Virus record (IMG/VR): IMGVR_UViG_3300028025_004089
Location: 1-43,281 of that record
Length of the DNA: 43,281 bases
Reading direction: 5' to 3' (one strand)
DNA from: a virus
Taxonomy: Duplodnaviria; Caudoviricetes
Shown here: piece by piece, positions 24,005-33,600 of the stretch
Numbering within the stretch: position 1 is the stretch's first letter
Layout of the letters: each line of letters begins with the position of its first letter
The notes under the pieces: model-generated
The model's database searches: none
Told to the model about the DNA's origin: nothing
The model's input: only the letters and a program-made list of their open reading frames with translations
Made by a program: the position numbers and the translations under genes

Positions 24005-25561
24005 GTGCAGATCATTGAAGACAAGGCACTGCTGTTCAGAACCCGTAACCCCGACAAGTACAGAATCATTCCCAAGCACAAGGTCATCCCTGTGCCGGGT
24101 GGTTTTGAGGTCGCGGTTTACTGGGGGCTGGACGAAGCAAGGGTGCTGCGCAATCTGGGGGTGAAGGACGTACCTTCTCCCATAATCAAACGATACAACT
24201 GGCCCGGCCGTTATAAGCCGATGGCCCACCAAGTGGAGACGGCAGCGTTTCTCACAATGAACCGCAGGGCGTTTGTGTTCAGCGAACCCGGCACCGGCAA
24301 GACGCTCAGCGCTTTGTGGGCAGCCGACTACCTGATGACGTTGGGCAAGGTCAGGCGTGTGTTGGTCCTGTGCCCTCTGTCGATCATGCACAGCGCATGG
24401 ATGGGAGACATCAACTCCAGCGTGATCCACCGCTCCGCTGTGATCGCCCACCACCCTAAAGCATCGCGGCGCATTGAGCTCATCCAGCACGACTACCAGA
24501 TCGTTATCGCCAACTACGAAGGTCTCAACCTGATTGCAGACGAGATCGTCAATGACGGGCGCTTTGATCTGGTGATTGTGGACGAGGCCAACGCCTACAA
24601 GATGCCGACCACGCAGCGCTGGAAGTCGCTTAACAAGATCATCGGCCCTGAGACATATCTGTGGATGATGACCGGAACTCCTGCGTCGCAGTCTCCCGTT
24701 GATGCGTACGGGCTGGCCAAGCTGGTCAACCCAGAGGGTGTGCCCAAGTTCTTCACGGCGTGGCGCGACAAGGTGATGACCAAGCTGACCATGTACAAGT
24801 GGGTGGCCAAGCCAGATGCCAAGGAGACGGTGTTCGAGGCGCTGCAACCAGCGATACGCTTTACCAAAGCGCAGTGTCTGGACCTGCCGCCAGTGATCAC
24901 GATGACGCGTGACGTGCCGCTTACACCCCAGCAGGCCAAGTATTACAACCTGCTCAAAGATCAGCTACTGTTTCAAGCGGCGGGGGAGACGATCAGCGCA
25001 GTCAATGCTGGTGTGGCTGTGAGCAAGCTCTTGCAGATCAGTTGCGGCGCTGCCTACACCGACGACAAGGAGGTGGTGGAGTTCGACGCCTCGCCTCGCT
25101 TGGCGGTACTGGAGGAGGTGCTCGAGGAAACTACCCGCAAGGTCATCATCTTCGCGCTGTTCACCAGCACCATCGAGGCCATCCACCGGCACCTGCTCAA
25201 GAAGAACATCAGCGCCGACATCATTGACGGCAGCGTCAGCCCGTCCAAACGGGGGCAGATCATCCACAGGTTCCAGAACGAGCCTGACCTACGGGTGCTG
25301 GTGATGCAGCCTGCTGCTTCTGCGCACGGCATCACGCTGACTGCTGCCGACACGGTTGTGTTCTACGGCCCCCTGATGAGCGTGGAGCAATACATCCAGT
25401 GCTGCGCCCGTGCTGACCGCAAGGGGCAGGACTCCGACAAGGTGACGGTGGTGCACATTCAGGGCTCCGCCATCGAGAAGCGCATGTTCAAGGCGTTGGA
25501 AGGGAAAGTTAGCGATAACTCACTTCTTACCGACATGTTCAAGTCAGAAATAAATTTTTAA
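24005..25561 (+). CDS. SNF2-family helicase
   Basis: PGTGKT, DEAN, MTGTP, GITLT and Q...RA-R-GQ motifs; GTG start with CCAAGGAG SD (track start 23660 is too early). Confidence 0.9.
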   Translation: MQIIEDKALLFRTRNPDKYRIIPKHKVIPVPGGFEVAVYWGLDEARVLRNLGVKDVPSPIIKRYNWPGRYKPMAHQVETAAFLTMNRRAFVFSEPGTGKTLSALWAADYLMTLGKVRRVLVLCPLSIMHSAWMGDINSSVIHRSAVIAHHPKASRRIELIQHDYQIVIANYEGLNLIADEIVNDGRFDLVIVDEANAYKMPTTQRWKSLNKIIGPETYLWMMTGTPASQSPVDAYGLAKLVNPEGVPKFFTAWRDKVMTKLTMYKWVAKPDAKETVFEALQPAIRFTKAQCLDLPPVITMTRDVPLTPQQAKYYNLLKDQLLFQAAGETISAVNAGVAVSKLLQISCGAAYTDDKEVVEFDASPRLAVLEEVLEETTRKVIIFALFTSTIEAIHRHLLKKNISADIIDGSVSPSKRGQIIHRFQNEPDLRVLVMQPAASAHGITLTAADTVVFYGPLMSVEQYIQCCARADRKGQDSDKVTVVHIQGSAIEKRMFKALEGKVSDNSLLTDMFKSEINF

Positions 25562-25568
25562 AAAGGAG

Positions 25569-25612
25569 TTGTGCAAGCCAAAAAACCCGTGTAAAGTGTC
25601 AAGCCTTAGACA
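25569..25612 (+). promoter_or_regulatory. Promoter with an operator-like palindrome over the start site (operator copy 3)
   Basis: TTGTGC (25569-25574)-17-TAAAGT (25592-25597); TGTCAAGCCTTAGACA at 25597-25612. Confidence 0.55.
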
Positions 25613-25639
25613 AACAAAACAGATTTTTAGGAGAAGCAA

Positions 25640-26044
25640 ATGTCAGAAGCAGCCATCCCCCTCGACCGACTTGCGAAGATTTATCGCAAAGTTCGGACAC
25701 AGATCGCCACCCTCACGCAAGAGTACGACACGAAAGTGGAAGAACTCAAAGCTGTGCAGGATGAAGTGGCCAACGCCATGAAGGACCAGATGAAGACCAT
25801 GGGGGTCACATCAGTCCGTACATCGGAAGGCACAGTCGTGCTTTCTGTCAGCACCCGCTACAACACGCAAGACTGGGACTCTTTCAAGAAGTTCGTGGTC
25901 GAGCATGACGCAGTGGACCTGCTGGAAAAGCGCATCGCCCAAGGCAACATGCGCCAATTCCTTGAAGAAAATCCGGGCGCTGTTCCGCCCGGTCTGAACT
26001 CGAGTTCCGAGTATTCAGTGTCAGTTCGTAAACCAACCAAGTGA
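25640..26044 (+). CDS. Conserved replication-module protein (coiled coil plus DW..F...LLEKRI...PPGLN)
   Basis: AGGAG SD, 134 aa. Confidence 0.8.
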   Translation: MSEAAIPLDRLAKIYRKVRTQIATLTQEYDTKVEELKAVQDEVANAMKDQMKTMGVTSVRTSEGTVVLSVSTRYNTQDWDSFKKFVVEHDAVDLLEKRIAQGNMRQFLEENPGAVPPGLNSSSEYSVSVRKPTK

Positions 26045-27039
26045 GTACCCAAATGAGCAACATCACAATGTTCAACCCTTCCCAAGTCCCCGCCTTCGCT
26101 CGCAATGCTGAGCTGTCCGAAACAACACTGGCTCTGGCTGGTGGCTCTGGTGCCTCTGGCGTCAAGCGTGTGTCGATCAAAGGTGGCGTGTTCCGCCTGA
26201 TGTCCGCAGGCAAAGAGATCGCCGCCATCGATGAGCGTCACTTGGACGTGATCATCGTCAAGGCTGCGCCCAAGGTCAGCCGTGTGTTCTACGCTGCCAG
26301 CTACGACAAAGACGCAGCCGCTGCCGCTCCTGACTGCACATCCGCTGACGGCGAGAAGCCCGACGCTGGTGTGAAGAACAAACAGTCTGCCACCTGTGCT
26401 CAGTGCGCACAGAACATCGCAGGCTCGGGCACCGGTCAAAGCCGTGCATGCCGCTACCAACAGCGTCTGGCTGTGGTGCTGGCCAACAACCCTGACGGTG
26501 ACGTGATGCAAGTCACACTGCCTGCTGCGTCTATCTTCGGCAAGGAAGAGGGTGGCAAGCGCCCATTGCAGGCATACGCCCGCTACATGGCTGCACAGAC
26601 CCCACCTGTCAACCTCGACACCATCGTAACCCGCATGAAGTTCGACACCAAGGCGGAGTCTCCCAAGCTGGTGTTTGAAGCTGCGCGTTGGTTGACCGAT
26701 GACGAGTACGCCTCCGCCCAAGAGCAGGCCAAGTCCAGCGATGCTGCCAAGGCAGTGTCGGCTACGCCCGCCGCGTTGGATGGTGCAGCCTCCGCCCGTG
26801 CCCCGTTGGCTCTGGAAGGTAAGCGCCCCGCAGCCGCTACCGTTGCTGCCTTGCCTGAGCAAGACGAGACTGAAGAAGACGCCCCAGCGCCAGCACCCAA
26901 GGCCAAGAAAGCCAAAGCTGCCCCAGTGGCGGACGAGGGCGACGAGCCAGAAGTGCGCAAGCCTGAAGCCAAAGAGACGGCTGTGCCTGCCAAGAAGTCC
27001 AAGCTGGCTGACATCGTGGCCGATTGGGACGACGAGTAA
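26041..27039 (+). CDS. Probable single-stranded DNA-binding/annealing protein
   Basis: Position in the replication module; Cys cluster (C...C..C...C); Ala/Pro/Lys/Glu low-complexity linker; acidic-aromatic tail WDDE; function inferred, start may be ATG 26053. Confidence 0.6.
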   Translation: MSTQMSNITMFNPSQVPAFARNAELSETTLALAGGSGASGVKRVSIKGGVFRLMSAGKEIAAIDERHLDVIIVKAAPKVSRVFYAASYDKDAAAAAPDCTSADGEKPDAGVKNKQSATCAQCAQNIAGSGTGQSRACRYQQRLAVVLANNPDGDVMQVTLPAASIFGKEEGGKRPLQAYARYMAAQTPPVNLDTIVTRMKFDTKAESPKLVFEAARWLTDDEYASAQEQAKSSDAAKAVSATPAALDGAASARAPLALEGKRPAAATVAALPEQDETEEDAPAPAPKAKKAKAAPVADEGDEPEVRKPEAKETAVPAKKSKLADIVADWDDE

Positions 27040-27047
27040 AAAGAATC

Positions 27048-27175
27048 GGGGGGAAAGCGGATGCTGTGCCAGAGTCTGGTCTATTGGTGACATGACTAAA
27101 GAGTTTCAAGGGCTGTCATGAGCAATGCTTGGAACTCCGTGAGTTCGAATCTCACCAGACGCAGCGAGTACCCCC
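27048..27175 (+). ncRNA. tRNA-mimicking structured RNA (not a functional tRNA)
   Basis: T arm GTGAG-TTCGAAT-CTCAC (27139-27155); D arm CCA-GAGTCTGGTCTAT-TGG (27069-27087); stem CATGAC/GTCATG; 10-bp pseudoknot 27101-27110/27128-27137; closing GGGGG/CCCCC stem. Confidence 0.7.
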
Positions 27176-27185
27176 ACCTAACACT

Positions 27186-27464
27186 ATGGCCTACTCACAA
27201 AAAATCATTGATGACGTGATGAAGACTCCCAAGTCTCTGGGCAACCAGCTTGGGCGTTGGGCTATCCATCTGGACTTTCCCGTCACGAAAATTGCCTACG
27301 CCCTTGGCGTTACACGACAGACCGTTTACAACTGGTTCAACGGATCAGAAGTCTTCGTCGCGTACCGCCACCGCGTGGAAACCCTTTTAACAATAATGCA
27401 GTCCTCTAACACAGCGGACGAAGCATGGAGAAGAATATGTCACGAGTACAACCTCAAACCCTGA
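27186..27464 (+). CDS. HTH (Cro/XRE-like) transcriptional regulator
   Basis: VTKIAYALGVTRQTVYNWF helix-turn-helix; start reassigned to ATG 27186. Confidence 0.85.
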   Translation: MAYSQKIIDDVMKTPKSLGNQLGRWAIHLDFPVTKIAYALGVTRQTVYNWFNGSEVFVAYRHRVETLLTIMQSSNTADEAWRRICHEYNLKP

Positions 27465-27589
27465 CCGACGAAGAACTGTTGCGGCACATCTACATTTACG
27501 GCTTCGACGACGTGCCGCCTGACTGGATTCGCCAACTGTGTGCCCGCTTCGCGGCCTTACTTGACCAAGCGCAAGACGACAACAAATAA
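27437..27589 (+). CDS. Small hypothetical protein (50 aa)
   Basis: GGAG SD; MSRVQPQTLTDEELLRH...; fills the gap before the primase. Confidence 0.65.
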   Translation: MSRVQPQTLTDEELLRHIYIYGFDDVPPDWIRQLCARFAALLDQAQDDNK

Positions 27590-27601
27590 GCAAGGACAGT
27601 T

Positions 27602-30502
27602 ATGACACCGCTGGAATTTTTAGCGGCGGTTCTGCCTGCGCCCAGTACCGGGATGTACTGCGTGGCGGAGCTATCGTCCATCAGGAAGGAGCACCAATAT
27701 GAGGAATCACTGGAAGACCTGCAAGCGCCCATAGAGGCTTGGCACGCAGCAGACAAAGACGTTTACTTCGCCCTGTCCACCTTCGCAGTGGCAGGTAAGC
27801 GCACAGCAGACAACGCCCGGTTCATCCGTTCGTTGTTCATCGACATGGACGGGTACGCATCCAAGAAAGATGCCGCTACAGCACTGGGCGCTTTCCTTGA
27901 GAAGACAGGCATGGCCGCGTTGGGCAACCCCTACATCGTTGGTTCAGGTGGCGGCTTGCACGTTTACTGGCCGTTCGAGGAAGCCGTGGACATAGTGTCG
28001 TGGAAACCCGTGGCCGAGAACTTCAAGCGCTTGTGCAAACAAGAGAGCATGGCGATCGACATGACCGTGACGGCAGATGCCGCCCGTGTCTTGCGTGTGC
28101 CCGGCACGACCAACTTCAAGAAGAAGTACGCGACGCCGCGCCCCGTGCGGCTACTGGCTGCTGGGGATACGTTCAGCTTTGACGCGCTGTCCAAGCTGAT
28201 CAACGACCGACTGACCGCGCCGTCATACGAGGCACCAAAGAACGTGTTCGAGTTGCCGGGCATTCGCCCATCCACAGCGCCCAGCGCCACAAGCGTCAAG
28301 CTGTTTGAGAACAACTCGACCAAGTTCAAAACGATCTGGCTGGCAACGCAGAGCGGTAATGGGTGCGGGCAGTTGGCCAACTACGTTGAGAATGCGTCCG
28401 AGGACGGCATGGAGCCGATCTGGCGTGGGCTACTGTCGATCACCCAGAAGTGTGATGACGGCAACAAGGCTGCGGCATGGTTGAGCCAGATGCACCCGTA
28501 CCCACCGGAGCGCATGCACGAGAAGCTGCGCAGCATCAAGGGCCCATACCCCTGCATGAAGTTCGACTCGGAGAACCCCGGCATCTGCACAAGCTGTAAG
28601 CACTGGGGCAAGATCACCAACCCGCTGGCGCTGGGCCGTGAAGTCCGTGTGAACACAGAAGAAAAAGAAATCCCTATCAACATTCCTTCTTCCAGCGATG
28701 CGCTGCCAACCGAAAAGCGGACAGTCAAGCGCCCACCAGCGCCAAAAGGTTTTGCGTACGGCGACAAAGGCGGCGTCTACTTTGAGCGCATGGTCGAGCA
28801 GGACGATGGCACTAAGGTCAGGAAGATGGTGCCCATCCTCCCATACGACATGTTCGTGGTGGACATCCTGAATACCCAGAACGATCACTCGGTGCACATG
28901 GTGGCGTTGCGGCCGGAAGGCCCCGTCGATTTAATAATCCCACAGAAAGTTGTAGTGTCAAATATGGATACAGTCAAAGCGCTTGCGCAACAAAACATCA
29001 TCGCCAGCTTCGGCCAAGGCAACGACAAGAACTTATTCGACTACGTGCGGGCTTGCGTTGAGGAAGCCAGTGCCAACAAGGTGGCCGTCAAAGTCCCCGC
29101 CAGCTACGGCTGGCAAGACGATGGTACGTACGTCTTCGCAGGGCGCATCTTCTCCAAGGACAGACCCGCCTTCACGCTGCCCATGCCGGGACTGGAGAAC
29201 TTGCAATCATTTACAGAGCCTGCTGGCTCGGTCGAGAACTGGCGCAAGTTCATGAAGCTGCTGGTCGCCAAGAAGATGTACAAGCACCTTGCCGTGGTAC
29301 TTGCCGGTGCCGGAGCGCCGCTCATGCGTTACACCAAGCTGTTCGGCATGACGTTCCACTGCGCTAGTACCGAATCTGGTACGGGCAAGTCGTTGGCTTT
29401 GGAAGCCGCTGCCTCTGTCTGGGGTCACCCGACACGTTACCGCACAGGCAAGAGCACATCACCTGTGGCCATGCAGCAGCGTCTGGGCTTGTTGCAAAAC
29501 CACCCACTCATTACGGACGAGCTGACCAGCAAGAACCGCGACAACTTTGAGTGGCTTCCTGAGTTCCTGCTGGACATGACGCAGGGTAAAGGCAAGGAGC
29601 GTATGGAGGCTGGCTCCAACAAAGAGCGCTTGAACTTGTCTACATGGGCAACCAATGCGTTGCTTTCTTCCAACACTCACATGATCGACATCTTGACCGG
29701 AGGCCGCAAGCATGCTGCGGAAGGTGAGCTGCGCCGCCTGTTGGAGATTCTGATGGAAGACCCACTGTCGTGGGAGCCGCACGAAATCGAGATCATCAAG
29801 TCCTTACAAGACAACTACGGCGGTGCTGGCATCATGATGATCGAGTACATGGTCAACAACGAAGAGAAGTTGGAGCCGCTGGTGACCAGCACGGTGACAC
29901 GCATGTATCAAGAGTTCAACGCCACCAACGACGAGCGTTTCTGGATGGCGGGCATTGGTGCAAGCGTTGCCGCAGGCATCATCTGGAGTAACCAGTACGC
30001 GGGCATCATTGACTTGCCCATGAAAGAAATCATCAAGGCTTTCCAAGATGCTGTGAAGTACATGCGCAAGGCCATGAAGGCAGGGGCCCGCGCTGCGGAA
30101 GACGTACTGAACGCCTACACCGGTGAGAACTACGGTAAGTTTGTGGTGGTCAAGCGCAGCGATGGCAGCTTGCTGGCGCAGCTTGGCGGCAACCAAGAGA
30201 TCGACCAGTCGATCACCCGCACCAGCGTGGCAGGGCGCATTGAGCATGAGATCACGCCGGGCTACGTGGACTACTACATCGAAGAGACGCTGCTCAAAGC
30301 GTACTGCGCCACCATGAGCTTCGGGTACGCAGCGTTCATCAAGCAGTTGTCCGAGACCGAGGGGTTCTTTGTCGAGCGTATGAAGAAGGACATGACCTCC
30401 AAAACCAAAGGCCCACCAATGCGCGTGAACTCGTTGAAGATTCGCCGTCGTTCAGGAGAATGGGATGCTGAAGCGTTACCGCTTCCCTTGGCAGCAGCTT
30501 GA
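27602..30502 (+). CDS. Primase-helicase (RepB/AEP-like primase, Cys cluster, DUF927-type P-loop domain)
   Basis: FIDMD, SGGGLHVYW, D-ARVLRVPGT-N primase motifs; C...C..C; Walker A SGTGKS and Walker B ITDE. Confidence 0.88.
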   Translation: MTPLEFLAAVLPAPSTGMYCVAELSSIRKEHQYEESLEDLQAPIEAWHAADKDVYFALSTFAVAGKRTADNARFIRSLFIDMDGYASKKDAATALGAFLEKTGMAALGNPYIVGSGGGLHVYWPFEEAVDIVSWKPVAENFKRLCKQESMAIDMTVTADAARVLRVPGTTNFKKKYATPRPVRLLAAGDTFSFDALSKLINDRLTAPSYEAPKNVFELPGIRPSTAPSATSVKLFENNSTKFKTIWLATQSGNGCGQLANYVENASEDGMEPIWRGLLSITQKCDDGNKAAAWLSQMHPYPPERMHEKLRSIKGPYPCMKFDSENPGICTSCKHWGKITNPLALGREVRVNTEEKEIPINIPSSSDALPTEKRTVKRPPAPKGFAYGDKGGVYFERMVEQDDGTKVRKMVPILPYDMFVVDILNTQNDHSVHMVALRPEGPVDLIIPQKVVVSNMDTVKALAQQNIIASFGQGNDKNLFDYVRACVEEASANKVAVKVPASYGWQDDGTYVFAGRIFSKDRPAFTLPMPGLENLQSFTEPAGSVENWRKFMKLLVAKKMYKHLAVVLAGAGAPLMRYTKLFGMTFHCASTESGTGKSLALEAAASVWGHPTRYRTGKSTSPVAMQQRLGLLQNHPLITDELTSKNRDNFEWLPEFLLDMTQGKGKERMEAGSNKERLNLSTWATNALLSSNTHMIDILTGGRKHAAEGELRRLLEILMEDPLSWEPHEIEIIKSLQDNYGGAGIMMIEYMVNNEEKLEPLVTSTVTRMYQEFNATNDERFWMAGIGASVAAGIIWSNQYAGIIDLPMKEIIKAFQDAVKYMRKAMKAGARAAEDVLNAYTGENYGKFVVVKRSDGSLLAQLGGNQEIDQSITRTSVAGRIEHEITPGYVDYYIEETLLKAYCATMSFGYAAFIKQLSETEGFFVERMKKDMTSKTKGPPMRVNSLKIRRRSGEWDAEALPLPLAAA

Positions 30503-30683
30503 GAAGGGGCAGGCATTCTTCGTGCCTTGCCTTGACTTTAAACCGATGATTGAGCACGGACTGAAACAAGCGGTCTCAGCCCGTGTTCTGAATGCCCGGG
30601 CCGTCCCGGGCATCTATGGCGGTGCGTTTGGGGTTATGTTTTACCGCCCTGCACCCTATCTTCGATCGCCCGCTTCGTCTTGA
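30465..30683 (+). CDS. Small hypothetical protein (FPW..LE-GQ-FFVP motif)
   Basis: AGGAG SD; last plus-strand gene, overlapping the convergent giant gene. Confidence 0.7.
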   Translation: MLKRYRFPWQQLEKGQAFFVPCLDFKPMIEHGLKQAVSARVLNARAVPGIYGGAFGVMFYRPAPYLRSPASS

Positions 30684-33600
30684 GGAAAGCATCGGCCCGG
30701 TCCTGCTTGGCCTTCTCCAACGCGTCCAGTCGGATACGCTTTTCTTGCGCGTTCAAGTCGGTGCGCTCCTGTGTGCGGCGGATGTCTTCGTTGATGCGGC
30801 CCACCACTTGGCGGTACTGCCCTGCAACGGACGACAGCGCCAGCTCAGCTTGGTTGGCATCGCGGAACTCCATGGCCTCTTCCCGGCGACCTTCCTTAAT
30901 CATCTTGTTGAGCGTGTTGCGTGTCTGCTCGGCTTCTTTGGCTTCGCGGAACACCACGTCGGAGTCACCACCGCCGTACTTCTTCTGAAACGCAGTGCCA
31001 ACCAAAGGCAAGTCGGACGCACGGCTTTCAGGCTTCTCGCCCTTGCCTTCACGCTCAAACAACCCGTTAGCGGCAGCAACAGCGGCCAGCGGCAGCACGC
31101 CAAAATACCCGCGCACAATGTGCTCGATCTGGATAGGCGACAAGATTGGAACAGCCTTGCTCATCTGCTTGGCCAGCTCCGTTGTAGTGGCAAGGTAGCG
31201 CTCCTCTGTGTTCATGCCCTGCAAACGCAAAGACTCAACAGGACCGCCGGTCAGGAAGTTCTTGTTGGTCCACACCTCAAGCGCAGGCTTGGCAATCTGA
31301 GGGATGCCCATGGATGAGTAGCCGGGGATTGAACCCAAGAACAAGTCCCGAATAGCCTGCCACTGCGCTTTGCCGTCGGTCTCGGCACGCATGCTGTCCA
31401 CAGCCGCCACAGCCAACGAGAAGAAGTAACCTGCTTCAAACGGGATTGGCAGCTTCAGCGGCTCGTCCACGCCGGGGATCGGCATGAAGAAGTTGGAGTA
31501 CTTGTCCCGTGGGCGGGCGTTACGGAAGGTCTCGTCGTCTTCCATGGCCAAAGCGTACGCCATACCGGTGAAAGTTAACAGCAGCGCGTTGTTGTAGAAC
31601 TTGCGCTTGATTTGCTGCTGCTCCTCAAACGGCATGTTGCCTCGTGCGGCTTTGACCAACACGTTCAGGCCCTGAATCTGCGCGTTGAAGAACGGGATCA
31701 AACGGCTGGCGTATTGCAGCGTTGGCGACAGTCCGCGCTTGTAGAAGTTCATTGACTCCATCGTGGCCATGTCGGCCTCGACTTCGGACAGCCCTTGGGC
31801 CTCCGCGTTCTTGAGCACTAGCGCCAGTGTGGCGGCATCGGCACGCATCGCGTACCGGTCAGCGGCAGCAAACACTTTCTCCAGTGCGCCTTGGTCTTTG
31901 CCGCTGGCAAGCTGGAGCGCCATCTTCTTCATGTCAGACATATCGCCTGCAAAGATGTTGGACTGAATCAAACCCTTTTCAATCAGCTTGGCTTGCATGT
32001 CGCTGCTACCAGTGCTCATACGCAGATACTCAGCGCCTGCCTTGAAGACAGAGGAGAAAGCGTTGGACTCCAAACCGCCGGTAAACGACGCCGCCATTGG
32101 CTCGCGCAGCAACTTGCGGGCAATGTACAAGGGGGTGCGGGTCACACCGGCACGCAGCCAATCGGCAGCAATGCCGCCAAGTTTAAAGAACCCGGGCAGC
32201 GCAAGGCTTGCGCCTTCCATGCTCTGCACGACCAGCTCCGCAGGGATGCCTTCGGCAAGCGTGCCTTTGGTGTTCACCACGATGTGGCGCTTGCCGTCGT
32301 CGTCTGGTTTGCTTGGATCGGGCTCTTGGTAGAAGCGAATGACTTTGGCATCGTCAGGACCAAAACCGGGTTTGATCGCCATCAAGTTCGAAGGCTTGCC
32401 TGTCTTTGGATCAGCTGGCCCCCTGCCTTTACCCAGCGCTTGCAGGCCGTAGGCAACACTCTTGGCGGCGTTGTTGGTCAGCGCCATATCCGTCAGCAGC
32501 AAAGTGTTGCGCTGGATGGCTTCGTTCAATGGCAGTAACTTTGTGTCGCCGCCTTTGAGTTCTGCAAGGTATGGCTGACGGCGGATGTCGCCCACGTTGA
32601 ATGTGACGTTATTGTTGAAGACCAAGTCGGCGTTGCCGTCTTTGTCTACACGGTAGAAGGGGACGTAGTCGCCTTCCTTAAGCAAGTCAGCCGCTTCTTT
32701 TTTGGAGATGCGCCCGGTGCTGGCAAGGAACTCGATCATGCCCTTGTTGTACGCGCTGTACTTGCGGCGCACGTTCTCCAGCGCAGCTTTCAAGGCAGGG
32801 TTGGCATCGGCTGCGGCCAAGGCAGCGTCCAAGTCCGACTGCTTCAGCTCCATCGCACCCAAGTCTAGCTTGGGTAAGCCCTTGTTGTTGGCACGAACTG
32901 CAACCAGATATGTCTGCGCAAGGTCTGTCTTCAGTTGTGGGTTGTCCACAGGGATGTCGGCAATAGCGTCAAACACTTCCCGAGCGCTGTTCTGGTTGGA
33001 GCTGCGGTAGCCGACAAGACCTTTCTCATCCTTGTATGCCACCAACGGGCCGCTGTTCATCACAGTGAACATCTGCGCCATCTTCTGCTCAGCCTTGCGC
33101 ACGTGATACATAGCCTGCGTGAAGAGCGTGTCGTCGCCAAACTTCAAGGTCTCGCGCAAACCAGCACGCATGTCCACAGCCTGCATCTCGGCCTGCAACG
33201 CAAGGTTGCTCCCCGCCTTTTCGCGCAGAGTCTTGGGCTGTGCAATGATCTTCTTCGACAGCGCTTCCAATGCGTCAGCTGGAGCCGTAGCTGCTTTGGA
33301 ACGGTATGTAATATTACCGCTACCCATGGAGAACGTGCCACGATTACCAATTGCGGATTTAATCTGGTTGGGTTCAAAAACCACAAACTCCGTTTCAGGG
33401 TCAGTCAGCGAATCGGTAGCCCCCGCCAACACAATACGCCCGTCATATCCCGCAGCTTTCAACGCTTTTTGAATGTACGCGTTGCGGTCCCCTGATAGCA
33501 CCGCAAGCCGCTCAATTGACGGGATCGCAGCGACCTCGTACTCTGCCGTAGCCGTGTCATACAGCTTGGAAAAACCCGGCAACTCTTTTCGCAAAGTCGC

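Noticed and set aside
27060-27163. A functional tRNA gene, for example a UCA suppressor from the TTTCAAG in the loop
   Set aside because: No 7-bp acceptor stem, no CCA and no 5-bp stem closing a 7-nt anticodon loop; reported instead as a tRNA mimic
27129-27185. TTG-start extension of the HTH gene
   Set aside because: Lies inside the structured RNA with no SD; ATG 27186 gives a more typical N-terminus
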